Virus record (IMG/VR): IMGVR_UViG_3300002220_000740 | Span: 28,246 to 92,245 of that record | Source of the DNA: a virus | Lineage: Duplodnaviria > Caudoviricetes | Strand: one strand, 5' to 3' | DNA: 64,000 nt | Shown: positions 19,501 through 28,507 of the stretch, piece by piece | How positions within the stretch are numbered: position 1 is the first letter of the stretch | Layout: every line of letters begins with the position of its first letter | Position numbers and translations under genes: made by a program | The notes under the pieces: model-generated | Database searches by the model: none | What the model was told of the DNA's origin: nothing | The model's input: the letters and a program-made list of their open reading frames with translations, nothing else

Positions 19501-22500
19501 GTGATCAGCAGCCTGAAATTCTGCGGAATGAGCAGCAGCTCCATGGATACCTCGTTCAGCCTGTTCTCCAGTGCTTTGGAGGACTGCTCCCCGGTGGTAA
19601 CCTTTGAGTTCATCTCGATGTACCGAGGAGTAGCTCCCTTCATCTCATAGTTGGGAAGATAGCAGGTGAGTTTGTCAACATCAAAGTCAGATCCTGACTT
19701 GACCACGATAGCCGCCGGAAGAACGATCCGGGAACCAGCGTAGAACGGAAGGAATTTCTTCACGCGGAACACCTCCAGGGAATTGAGACCCTGAGACGGT
19801 ATGCGGTTGGCGCTGAACTCCAGCAGACGGGGATCTATGCCGGCTTGCCTGTACTTGCGTGCGGCTATCAGCGCGTTGAAGGCATCCAGACCGCCTGCCT
19901 GTTCAACCAGAGGGATCCAGTCCTTGGGAAGCGAGATCATGACCTCTGCCTTAGAGATGCGCCTCATTCCCTTTTTATACTGGTAAAATGCAAGTTCTTC
20001 ATCATAACCGATAGAGCTCTCCTGGATCATCATATCCCCGTTTGTCTTCAAAGAGATAACCCGGTTTCTCACAAGGGAGTTAAGTACCTGCTGGATCTTA
20101 CCCTTTATGAAGAGTGTATCGAACAGGACCTGGTCGCTGCTTGTAACCACATCAATACCGTCAATGGCATTATCAGGCATCAGCCTGCGTTCGAATTCAG
20201 CCTTAAGGAGCTTACGGAACTTAGCCACCGACTCGGCATTGGTAGTATCAAGTATATAGCCATCCTCTGTCTTTGTAAGTCCAAGCTCTGTTACCAACCT
20301 TGTCCATTGCCTTTGTGAAAGTTCAGTAGTAAGTGCTATCTGCTCATCTTTGAGAGTACCCACATAAGGTTTGTCATTCTCGTCTTTAACAGCCTGTCCA
20401 ACACTGTATAGGTTGGTTGCCTCCAACTTACGTTTCTGAGTTGAATTGGTAACGTTGTCATGTACTTCAGGCTCTATGTCCTGCTGGATACCTATGTAAT
20501 CATAAGACACCTCTGTGATCCGGCTCTCATCGGTGACCCGGGTCATGTTGCCCTCGCCGTCGTAGAAATCTTCCAGAACCAGTGTTTCCATCTTGGCTGC
20601 CGAACCGAACACGACCATGTCAGTATTCCTGTTAAGCATGCTCAAATAGTATATCAGCATCGGGCTGTTATCCTTCAGCATTGACGGGAAGATAGGAGCT
20701 ACCGAAGTCTTAAGGTTAAACTTGGTGGTTATAAAGCTACCTTCGTCGTTTGCAAGGGGACCGTATCCCTGGGGTTTGAGAATGGGTATGATCCCAAGTT
20801 CGACATAGTTAATTGGTTTACCCTTATACATCGGTACTGAGGGAACCTCACCGTTTGTATGCTGAGCAAAGACCGTTGAAAATAAACCCTTAAGTTGATT
20901 TTCAGTTATGGCTTCAAGTTTACGAAGTCTAAGTGCCAGCAACTGGTGCTCCCACTGGTATGTTTTCTCCTGAGCCTCTGACCAGGAGTTCTCCTGAAGC
21001 AGTATCTGGCGATGGAAATCAAGCGTACTCTTGCTCTGACCATCAGCAATGTCAAAGCCTACTTCGTATGCATTACCCTCACCGAGAACATCGTTGTAGT
21101 CCTTGGTACTCCTCATTGAGAGTGGGATAGAGCTGTCAGCAACAACGTGCATACGCACATTCTCACTGTAGGCACCGGACCACCGTGGGTGACTCTCCGA
21201 GAGAGCCGCCAGGTTATCGGGATCAACGCGCTGACCTTTCTTCGAAGATGAAGCCGCCTTGGCACGCTTGGGCACATCAGATGATTTGGCATAACCTGCG
21301 ATGTCCCCGACAAATACCTGGGTCTGCTCGATAGCACCCTGCAGATAGCGGAATGCACCAAACTCAATGACCTTGCTCAGCTGGGACTCGTCCAACTCGG
21401 TAATCCGATTTCCGAGTATCTTTGCAATGGACTCCATGTTGATACCCACCGGCTGGAATTTACCAGACTGGGTCTCCACGATCACGCCCGCATCCAGAAG
21501 CATCTGCTTACTTGCAGCAGTCTCCTCCTTGAGCATAGTGTCAAAGAGTTGAGCCACCTTAGCCCGGTTGGCTACAACAAACCCTTTTGCCATAGCCAGG
21601 AAAGAGCCGGCTATATCCTTACCAAACTCGGAGTTATCGGTAACCGTCTGCTTCTGGTAATATTCCTGGAGATCAGCATCGGTTATGAAATCACCGAAGT
21701 CAAATATGCGAAGCTTACCTCCGTTTTTGGAGAAGTTTTTAAGATCCTTTCCCAGCCCGTACTTATGAGCGAACACCGTGGCAACCTCATTGATCAGGTG
21801 CTGCGACAGTATTGCGTACATGCCCTTGCGGTCCAGACGATACATTGCATCGCGCTCTTCCTTGGTGAGCAGCATATCAAGCGCATACTCCATCGTTCTG
21901 TCACCAGCACGCATGAAGGGAAAGTACCCGTTCAGGATAGCCCCGAAGCTGGTAGTGATAAGGTCTGTGAAGTTCAGTGCAGCTGTAGACTCGTTGTCGC
22001 TGGTCTCGGTCTTGGTTGCACTCAGCAGCACCACCCTTGTCTTTCTTCCATCCATTGCAGAATTAACAATGGTGTTTCCCACTGTAGAGATGTTCTTGCC
22101 ACCTCTATCAGCCGGAATCAGCTCAGAGGGAATATTGTCTTCATTTAACAGGTCAACGAGCTGGCTCACGTACGACCGGAGTGCGATGCTGTACTGGGTT
22201 TTGTTATCCGCGTTCAAAAACTGCAGATCCTGCACATCGGTAGATTGCTCTACTGCGATTTCAAGAACGTCAGTTATCTCCTTGTTGATTGCCATAACGT
22301 CTTTGCTGTAGAGATCATCCAGGGAAGTCTCTGCGGTAACGTCGTTAATTATCTTATGTACAAGGGCTGACAGCTTGGCATTATCCACCAGTGGATTCTC
22401 CTTCTGGGTAACGTTCATTCCGAATGAACGAAGGAAGGAGAGGTTCTGCCCGGCGGTAAGTCCAACCTTAAGTTTGGCGTTTGACTTCAGCTGAGTGAGT

Positions 22501-25500
22501 GTATATGACTTCTCCTTGTCTAACGTTATGAGTTGTTCCAGGTCGATAATTAACTCATCCCTGGAATTGCGTTTAAAAGCCGATTTAGGCGTACCTGCCT
22601 CCTGGCGGACATTGTTTCTCCATTCGTTGCTGATCCTCTCAGAGATCGCTCCCACGACAGCGTCAAGGAACACTATGTCCCCGCTGGATCTCAGGAATGT
22701 AATAATGGGTGTTTCCTTGGTCTTGCAGAACTGTACAAAGAAGGCTGTCTGAAGGGCACGCTGATCGGGGGTAGGAGTGTAGTTCTCGAACCATGAGCGC
22801 AGCCTGCTGATCAGCACACCTATCTCAGGATGATTCTGATTTTCAAGAGACTTAAGCTTCTGTACCATTCTCGGATAAGAGCTGATCCCTGCCAGGTTAC
22901 TGTGAAGATAATTCACCATCTTGGTGTATTGCTCCATGCGGTAGTATGTGAACCCGTCCACCTGGGAGCCTCTGGGCACATAGTCGACGTCCTCACCTTG
23001 TACCAGCCTGTCGGATACCGGCAGACTCATGAGCAAAAGCTTGACGGGAGTGGGCATGAGGAGCTTCACATCGGTAAGATGCGGATCGGCTATCCCCAGA
23101 CTATCTTTGCTCTCTATCTTTGTTTCAGCAGTCTCCTCGACCTCGTCCACCTTTTCGGTGTTCTCGATCTTCTTGATAGGAGTAACCTCAATACCATTCT
23201 GATGAAGGAACTTGATGTGCTGAGCCTGAAGAGTATCCCAGTTGTTGAGCGTATGCTCCACCAGGTCATACTCATTGGCATTCTCCGCAGTACGTACCGT
23301 GCTGTTCTTATATTCGAGCATTGACAATGCAATGTTCGTATAGGTATCCTTCAGCTGATCAGGATTGGCAACCAGATCAGAGTAGTTTACGTCTTCGTTT
23401 CCGAAGACCGAGTCGAAGAACTCAAAGTGCAGGTTCTCCAGAAGAGCATTGGATGCTGCTTCTGAAAGACCCCCAAGCTTCTTCTTAAAGGTACCCTCAA
23501 CCTTGCTCTTGCGATCCTTGCTCAGGTAGGGCTTTGCATCCAGCGTACTGAACGTATCCTCGATCGAGGTGAACAGTCTGAGCTTTTGCATCAGCCTGGT
23601 AAGAAGTGAGACCAGTTTCTCAAACCAGTTCTGTTTCTGACGCTGACCCGTGCCGAACGTATAGCTGCCACCAGACAGTTTGTAAAGTCTGAACTCCTCA
23701 GCCAGGAACTCTTCAGCCTCGACATCTGTCATGGTGGTCTTCCCGGTGCGCATCCGGAGTTCATTATACAATTTATTGCGTTGTCTGGGAGTCATGAACG
23801 CCAGGGAGACAACGTGGTAAGCTTCGTGATACTGAGTACCCTCTGCAGCGCGGGGAGCGAGCAGGAGCTGCATGGAGTCAATCACCATGCCACCGGTGTT
23901 ACCCTCAAGCGGAGTGATTGCCATGTCAAACTCAGGAAACAGTTCCTCCAGATACTTCAGATCCATATCTACCAGAGGTTCGGATGACAAGTTGGTACGC
24001 ATGCGCTTAGTGCTCGTACGCCTGCTCGGCACATTAACCCCGGGGTTAAGTATAGAGCGTAAGATGATCTTGAACAGGTCCTTGGTAGCCCCAGGATTTT
24101 GCTTGAGAGCAATCATAGCTCCGTCCATCATCTGCTGAGAGATTACCTTACCGGTCTCTGTCTGTATCTCCTGAACCGCGGCATCAATGTCCGCCTTGGA
24201 GAGAGTAGTCGCTGTTTGAGGCTTGGAGATCTCAACACGCAGGATATCGAACTTGGCATTATGCTCGCCAAAGGCTGCCTGTGCTTTTGCAAGCGATGGT
24301 TCAGGCACAGAGAACACTCTGTTCAGATTAGATTTAGCAGATGCCACTGCATCTTCGGCTCCTTCATAGGTAAACTTATTTGTCTGGTTATTCCAAGTAA
24401 GCTTGACGCCGTCAAAGTTACCCTTTGACCCGTCTTCCCTTGTTATGCTTAACACATAGGGAACACCATGTTCGAATATTCCAAATTTCTTAACAATGGG
24501 TTGTGGAGCGGGAGCTTCCACTGGCTTGGCTACGGGTTTAGCTGCGGGCTTATCCATAACAGGCTCTGCAACCACTCTCTTGCCATAAGGCTTGAGACCA
24601 ACCTTGCCACTGAGATACTGGGGAGTTTTTGCATTCTCCACCGGATCCTGGCTGAGCTTTGAACGTACCTTACAGGTCAGCTTGGCTGCACGGTCACCTT
24701 TAGTGCTGAACAGGAATGCCTTATATCCGCCCTGAGCTCTGTCCCATGTGATTACTTCCACGCCATTTTCGGTGAATGCAAACTCCTTGAAATCCTCGTC
24801 TATCTTCAGCTCAGCGTACTTAACACCAAACCGTTTGTCAGAAAGGAACTCACGGAACGCAGCCATCTTTGGACCATTCTCAAGGATATCTTCGTAGGTA
24901 AGCTCTTCAGCTCCAAACTTGACATGGCGGAACTCGCCGGTTGTAAAGCCTGTGCTAACATCATACCTGTACTGCCCTTCCTTGGAATTGAAGGGGGTCA
25001 TGATATTCAGGAATTGGACAATCTGCATACGATCCATTGCATTGATCTTACGCGTCTGCCCGTCCCGAGTAATCATCACATCTTCCTTCAGCGCCTTGAG
25101 CAGACCTATGTAGGTCTCGATCTCCTGGGCATTCATGTTACGGTAGTCCAGCTCTTCCAGCGTACCAGCCGTGGCATTCCATATATGTACCTTGCCCGAT
25201 GTGAGCAGGAAATCCCTTCCCTCAATGTTGATAGGGTAGGTACCTTTACCCTTGCTGGTGTACTCCAGGCGTGCGGTCGGTATCTGCTCCTCGGTGATTA
25301 TGGAACCTACAATATCATTGGTATTCTGTCCTGTAGGAAGTGCAACACGTTTGCCGGGATGCTTCACCGAGATGTAGTAAGTCTGGGACGTAGTCTTGTA
25401 CGCTTCCCTGCGCTGCTTATGGGTGGCTATCGCCTGTTCCTTCTTCTCCTTTAACAGCCTGTCCACCTCTTTGCGCACCTGCAGTTCTTCTTCTGAACCC

Positions 25501-28490
25501 TTAACAGGCTCGCGTCCACTCAGCAGTTTGGCTTTCACATCCTCCTTCAGAATACTCTCAATGGTCTTAGTGCTGAACCTCTGAACTCCCCTGTCAGTTG
25601 CCCAACTGGCTGTCGGAAGCGAGTTCCATACCAGCCTGGAGTCCATGGTGTAGGGGACAAAGGATTCTTTTCCCTCACTGACGACCCGGGTTTGAACCAC
25701 GAGTTTAATGTCTTCTTCTGCAGTTGCCTGCACTTCAGGCGTATGATATGCTAGTTCTTCTACAGTCAGGCTGAGCTTAAGTGACGGAACCCAGAACCTG
25801 AGCTGTTCTCTGATAGGATCGTTGACGAGTAATGCTTTGACCTGCCGAAGGGACATTGTGGTCAGTACCTGTTCAGGCTTCTCAGATACTTTATAAGCAT
25901 CCTGAAAAGCGAACCAGCGGAGAGCATCGTGTGCTTCTCCCTTTTTAACCGCACTGGCAGTAGGATCATTGATGACTGCAACCACGGCTTCAAGATTGCC
26001 TGTGGTTGTCTCAAACGAAGTATCATCAAAGAACGGTGTGTGAGGGTCTTTCTCATCAAACACAATAGGAGCAGGACCTTCCTTCAGCACCTGCTGTATC
26101 CTCTTCAGTTTGGAGGTGATCATCGGGGCTTCCCCGGATTTGTCCAGCTGGTAAGAAATGGAACCATCAGGTCTGAGGAACACCCGGTGACCCGAGTCAA
26201 CGTTCTCAAAGACCAGGCTGCCGCGGGAGCGTCCCGCGATCTTGTACTTATTGGTAAGTGGCTTCTTGCCCAGCTCCGGCTTATCCTCGTCAAGGAGCAC
26301 CTCGTTAGTGACAACCTCACCCTTCTCGTCGAGCATGTCTATTTCCAGCTCATCACTCTCGGTTCCGATCTTCTCCTCGTTGTTGACTATAGTCACACTC
26401 TTTCGTGTGTGGTTCTTGAGCAGAGCATCAATCTCCTCTGAGGACTGGTCTTCAGGTTTGGGAGCATTAGCCATGTCATCCTGGAGTTTGGTCTTCTTAT
26501 CAACCTCAGCTTCAAACGTTGCCTGCTGCTGCTTCTTGTTATAGATCAGCTTCTGGTTCTTAATGGCTATGTCCCGGAGCTTCTTCATCCCCTCGATTTG
26601 CTTTTCGAGTTTGGCGTTTACACGCTCTAAATTCTCTGCGTTGATGGACTTGTTCTCAAGTATCTCCATCTCACGCTTGGCAATCTGAGTGTCAAAGAAG
26701 AACTCCCTGGATGCTTCTATAATAGCGTTGTTATGCAGCCTGTGGATGAACTGGTTGCGCATAGACTTCTCTTCAGCAGTCTTAGCGTCTATTTTGTAGA
26801 AGTCATTGTCGTACGTTGCAATTTTATCATACACCTTCTGCAGTTTGGCAGATCGCGATTTCCACTCACGTTTAAACTCCTCGATCTCCTTTCCACCTTC
26901 CAGCTGGGCAACCTGAGCTGCAATCGAAGGATCAAGCTCAGCGAGCTTTGCCTCCATGGCTTCAAGTCCGCCTTCCTGGTGAAGGTAGGGAAGAGCAAAC
27001 CGGGTGAGAACATCGTTTGCCATAGCATAATACTCATCTGCCCGTCCCTCTTTTGCATAATAATCCAGCATGTAAGAGGTCATCTCTTCGCCGAGATTGT
27101 TCTTGGCATTGTTGACAAACTTGTCATAGTTGGCAACCGGCATTCCCTCGACCAGTTTAAGAGAGCCATCCTCCTCGGTTTCATATGATGACATAAAAGC
27201 TGCAAGAGTACCCTCAAAGTTCTGGTTAAGAAGATCCGACAGGTTTGAGACGTTCCTGGTCTTGGCATGTTGTTCTCTGATACCACCGACCACACCGCCA
27301 ACACCACCAAGGATTGAACCAAGCAGTACACTCTTCTGACCGTCTGTGGTGGTCATCATTTCAGCATACTCATCCATCAATTCTCCGATCAGGTCGTCAG
27401 TGGCTACCTTAGTGCCTTTAGCCCGGTTAGTGAACAAGTTCGTAGTAGCTGTCTGCATACCTTCTTCAAAGAACCCTTCAGAAGCAATGGATGCCATAAG
27501 ACGTTTCATCGCTATACCGCGGGTACCCTTTACGGCAACCCCGGCTTCCTTGGCGGCAGCCTGTCCAATGATATTCTGCGCTTCCTTTTTACCTATGCCA
27601 AATGCCCCGATGACATTCTTGTTCATCAGGTAGTTCGGTCCCATCAGCAGGACGGTGTTTGTCAGGAAAGCATTCTGTCCAGCAATACCGATTGCCTCTG
27701 TGGCATCCTTCTCAGTATAAACTCTGCCGGTTGCAGGATTGGTAAGTCCCTCGGCAATTGCCATACTGTAAAATTTCTTGAGATCCTGCACTACACCACC
27801 GGCTTCAGCTGCGGCTTCAAGTACAGTATTTGTAACGGTAGCCAGTCCAAGATCAATCTTGGCTGCTGTTTTGGCTGTAGCTTTCAGCCCCCGTGCGATC
27901 TTTGTTCCAATACCAATGCTCTTAAGTGCAGCACCGGGCATAAGATATGCGGCAAGGAACCCAAGTCCGTCAGCAGCATCTGTAGCCCAGAACTCCGGGG
28001 AGATAAGCTGTCTCCAGACATTACCTTCCTCAACAACGCGTCTTGTATGAACAGGGAGCAAACTTTTAATACTCTCATCAACACTCTCCATTGCCTGAGT
28101 CCAGCCATTGTCAACCATCATGCCGATGTTGTCGGAATCAGCGCCATCTGCTATCCAGTTCGCTGCACCGCCAACGTAACCCGGCATCTTGGCAATCTCG
28201 GTGAGTGTTTTACCCAGGACCCGGGGAACAAACATTGCAAGCTTGGCTCCTTTGGTCTGTACCTGAGCTCTGCTCTCGTTCATGACCTCCGGGTCATTTA
28301 TGAATGTACCGCCGGATTTGCCCAGGTATTTGCTGAACTCATCCAGGTCTACATTGTACTCATCAGATTGTACAGCAGGTCCTTCACCTTGCTTAAAATA
28401 AACCGGCGTATGAGCCGGTGTAGAAGAAGGAGTAGCAACTTCAGGATTCTTAGGCAGTTTAAAATATACCTTATCAATGTTTTCATTCAT
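16527..28490 (-). CDS. giant virion-packaged RNA polymerase polyprotein (crAss/phi14:2 gp66-type) with zincin-like motifs
   Basis: NRIPSQG and KSGSDFDVDKL (DxDxD at 19674-19688), DIADGQ, LKPQ; HEAYH at 23814-23828; EEAAH at 17172-17186; Gly/Ala-rich hydrophobic N-terminus. Confidence 0.88.
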   Translation of the reverse strand: MNENIDKVYFKLPKNPEVATPSSTPAHTPVYFKQGEGPAVQSDEYNVDLDEFSKYLGKSGGTFINDPEVMNESRAQVQTKGAKLAMFVPRVLGKTLTEIAKMPGYVGGAANWIADGADSDNIGMMVDNGWTQAMESVDESIKSLLPVHTRRVVEEGNVWRQLISPEFWATDAADGLGFLAAYLMPGAALKSIGIGTKIARGLKATAKTAAKIDLGLATVTNTVLEAAAEAGGVVQDLKKFYSMAIAEGLTNPATGRVYTEKDATEAIGIAGQNAFLTNTVLLMGPNYLMNKNVIGAFGIGKKEAQNIIGQAAAKEAGVAVKGTRGIAMKRLMASIASEGFFEEGMQTATTNLFTNRAKGTKVATDDLIGELMDEYAEMMTTTDGQKSVLLGSILGGVGGVVGGIREQHAKTRNVSNLSDLLNQNFEGTLAAFMSSYETEEDGSLKLVEGMPVANYDKFVNNAKNNLGEEMTSYMLDYYAKEGRADEYYAMANDVLTRFALPYLHQEGGLEAMEAKLAELDPSIAAQVAQLEGGKEIEEFKREWKSRSAKLQKVYDKIATYDNDFYKIDAKTAEEKSMRNQFIHRLHNNAIIEASREFFFDTQIAKREMEILENKSINAENLERVNAKLEKQIEGMKKLRDIAIKNQKLIYNKKQQQATFEAEVDKKTKLQDDMANAPKPEDQSSEEIDALLKNHTRKSVTIVNNEEKIGTESDELEIDMLDEKGEVVTNEVLLDEDKPELGKKPLTNKYKIAGRSRGSLVFENVDSGHRVFLRPDGSISYQLDKSGEAPMITSKLKRIQQVLKEGPAPIVFDEKDPHTPFFDDTSFETTTGNLEAVVAVINDPTASAVKKGEAHDALRWFAFQDAYKVSEKPEQVLTTMSLRQVKALLVNDPIREQLRFWVPSLKLSLTVEELAYHTPEVQATAEEDIKLVVQTRVVSEGKESFVPYTMDSRLVWNSLPTASWATDRGVQRFSTKTIESILKEDVKAKLLSGREPVKGSEEELQVRKEVDRLLKEKKEQAIATHKQRREAYKTTSQTYYISVKHPGKRVALPTGQNTNDIVGSIITEEQIPTARLEYTSKGKGTYPINIEGRDFLLTSGKVHIWNATAGTLEELDYRNMNAQEIETYIGLLKALKEDVMITRDGQTRKINAMDRMQIVQFLNIMTPFNSKEGQYRYDVSTGFTTGEFRHVKFGAEELTYEDILENGPKMAAFREFLSDKRFGVKYAELKIDEDFKEFAFTENGVEVITWDRAQGGYKAFLFSTKGDRAAKLTCKVRSKLSQDPVENAKTPQYLSGKVGLKPYGKRVVAEPVMDKPAAKPVAKPVEAPAPQPIVKKFGIFEHGVPYVLSITREDGSKGNFDGVKLTWNNQTNKFTYEGAEDAVASAKSNLNRVFSVPEPSLAKAQAAFGEHNAKFDILRVEISKPQTATTLSKADIDAAVQEIQTETGKVISQQMMDGAMIALKQNPGATKDLFKIILRSILNPGVNVPSRRTSTKRMRTNLSSEPLVDMDLKYLEELFPEFDMAITPLEGNTGGMVIDSMQLLLAPRAAEGTQYHEAYHVVSLAFMTPRQRNKLYNELRMRTGKTTMTDVEAEEFLAEEFRLYKLSGGSYTFGTGQRQKQNWFEKLVSLLTRLMQKLRLFTSIEDTFSTLDAKPYLSKDRKSKVEGTFKKKLGGLSEAASNALLENLHFEFFDSVFGNEDVNYSDLVANPDQLKDTYTNIALSMLEYKNSTVRTAENANEYDLVEHTLNNWDTLQAQHIKFLHQNGIEVTPIKKIENTEKVDEVEETAETKIESKDSLGIADPHLTDVKLLMPTPVKLLLMSLPVSDRLVQGEDVDYVPRGSQVDGFTYYRMEQYTKMVNYLHSNLAGISSYPRMVQKLKSLENQNHPEIGVLISRLRSWFENYTPTPDQRALQTAFFVQFCKTKETPIITFLRSSGDIVFLDAVVGAISERISNEWRNNVRQEAGTPKSAFKRNSRDELIIDLEQLITLDKEKSYTLTQLKSNAKLKVGLTAGQNLSFLRSFGMNVTQKENPLVDNAKLSALVHKIINDVTAETSLDDLYSKDVMAINKEITDVLEIAVEQSTDVQDLQFLNADNKTQYSIALRSYVSQLVDLLNEDNIPSELIPADRGGKNISTVGNTIVNSAMDGRKTRVVLLSATKTETSDNESTAALNFTDLITTSFGAILNGYFPFMRAGDRTMEYALDMLLTKEERDAMYRLDRKGMYAILSQHLINEVATVFAHKYGLGKDLKNFSKNGGKLRIFDFGDFITDADLQEYYQKQTVTDNSEFGKDIAGSFLAMAKGFVVANRAKVAQLFDTMLKEETAASKQMLLDAGVIVETQSGKFQPVGINMESIAKILGNRITELDESQLSKVIEFGAFRYLQGAIEQTQVFVGDIAGYAKSSDVPKRAKAASSSKKGQRVDPDNLAALSESHPRWSGAYSENVRMHVVADSSIPLSMRSTKDYNDVLGEGNAYEVGFDIADGQSKSTLDFHRQILLQENSWSEAQEKTYQWEHQLLALRLRKLEAITENQLKGLFSTVFAQHTNGEVPSVPMYKGKPINYVELGIIPILKPQGYGPLANDEGSFITTKFNLKTSVAPIFPSMLKDNSPMLIYYLSMLNRNTDMVVFGSAAKMETLVLEDFYDGEGNMTRVTDESRITEVSYDYIGIQQDIEPEVHDNVTNSTQKRKLEATNLYSVGQAVKDENDKPYVGTLKDEQIALTTELSQRQWTRLVTELGLTKTEDGYILDTTNAESVAKFRKLLKAEFERRLMPDNAIDGIDVVTSSDQVLFDTLFIKGKIQQVLNSLVRNRVISLKTNGDMMIQESSIGYDEELAFYQYKKGMRRISKAEVMISLPKDWIPLVEQAGGLDAFNALIAARKYRQAGIDPRLLEFSANRIPSQGLNSLEVFRVKKFLPFYAGSRIVLPAAIVVKSGSDFDVDKLTCYLPNYEMKGATPRYIEMNSKVTTGEQSSKALENRLNEVSMELLLIPQNFRLLITPNTAATLEAYADKYGGADKQTAYTATELVLWSTNMKISRAFWAGREMISLAAIHNVSHAISQRAPVRIEDPAVQFWFEGQEIPEGESITMGHITDKSGRTISENFAEFLSAYVDVAKKPFVFFLNANKVGFPVFSFLNRFSVTAPVDMETISAFMTQPIITRFMTEYEKSRSMLMKTAKNREDMSVEMDESIEKIYNALSKEFGNGPKYENSLAKLYRDYYNAVKGSKKRETLLTEINELKAALDYPMLNVKQLKDTLGIGILDQFLVYREFGKQLDAFHQVTRPDGSYPKTMGGAVYHRHKLQQVRKVGFFATEDIDRFLNDTELKPFHDAWENNTNLYGSFFLTGNGAMSELVDHVIKVYDDQFGMDVEYVLDRFENDFVNYIIHTRTELSAEPFFPRPLNEEYERLVMGESSVASRMPGMRAQVGDNYLMKELYEIFNAKLGRRDERTETENIKLFMRKYTAQEVNQLVNGFNELFDSQDPAVKQFAVDLAELAIVQNGFTRTPLNFTDIIPNTLIQPIFRAIIAKYQSEVAGMSQAAWAAEKDHVFNSFLMVNYRDKRIVPRMNFYQMSDSVPEEIYRNKHYHYGKIATTSTLTAFDYLTYEVDAVDLTTKAALQKAGKPVPRKIVIYKKDPVPEKYGFNTYFIYRAVSDGKGEGIYLKEFYAEEHGSVLASNGGMPKIVKPAAKTDIEEEFKYAPQYALHRSDNRESDSELNTAVKTFLAGLGIPLEPVMQILDEKGMSTDYIAVADLATRTVKFVEGKIGIAELPEEAAHWYVELLGADNPVYQKMMRDITGYKEYRDVVESDYAKVYNADDMKLRKEAVGKLIAKYMVGEYTDAKIQSWWKAIWNKLVRLFRGFRNDPYAAAAHQILINKINELTVAPEAVESTDAFYSKATNQRRSDAYQASLEASIRERRLKEAEDRKNNKVTTVQEVNKHAEESKDSVDAAAMEILNNFEKYFPDYADFSNEERTAFVKMMSEGQIEIYC

Positions 28491-28507
28491 AACTCTGGTA
28501 GATTTAA

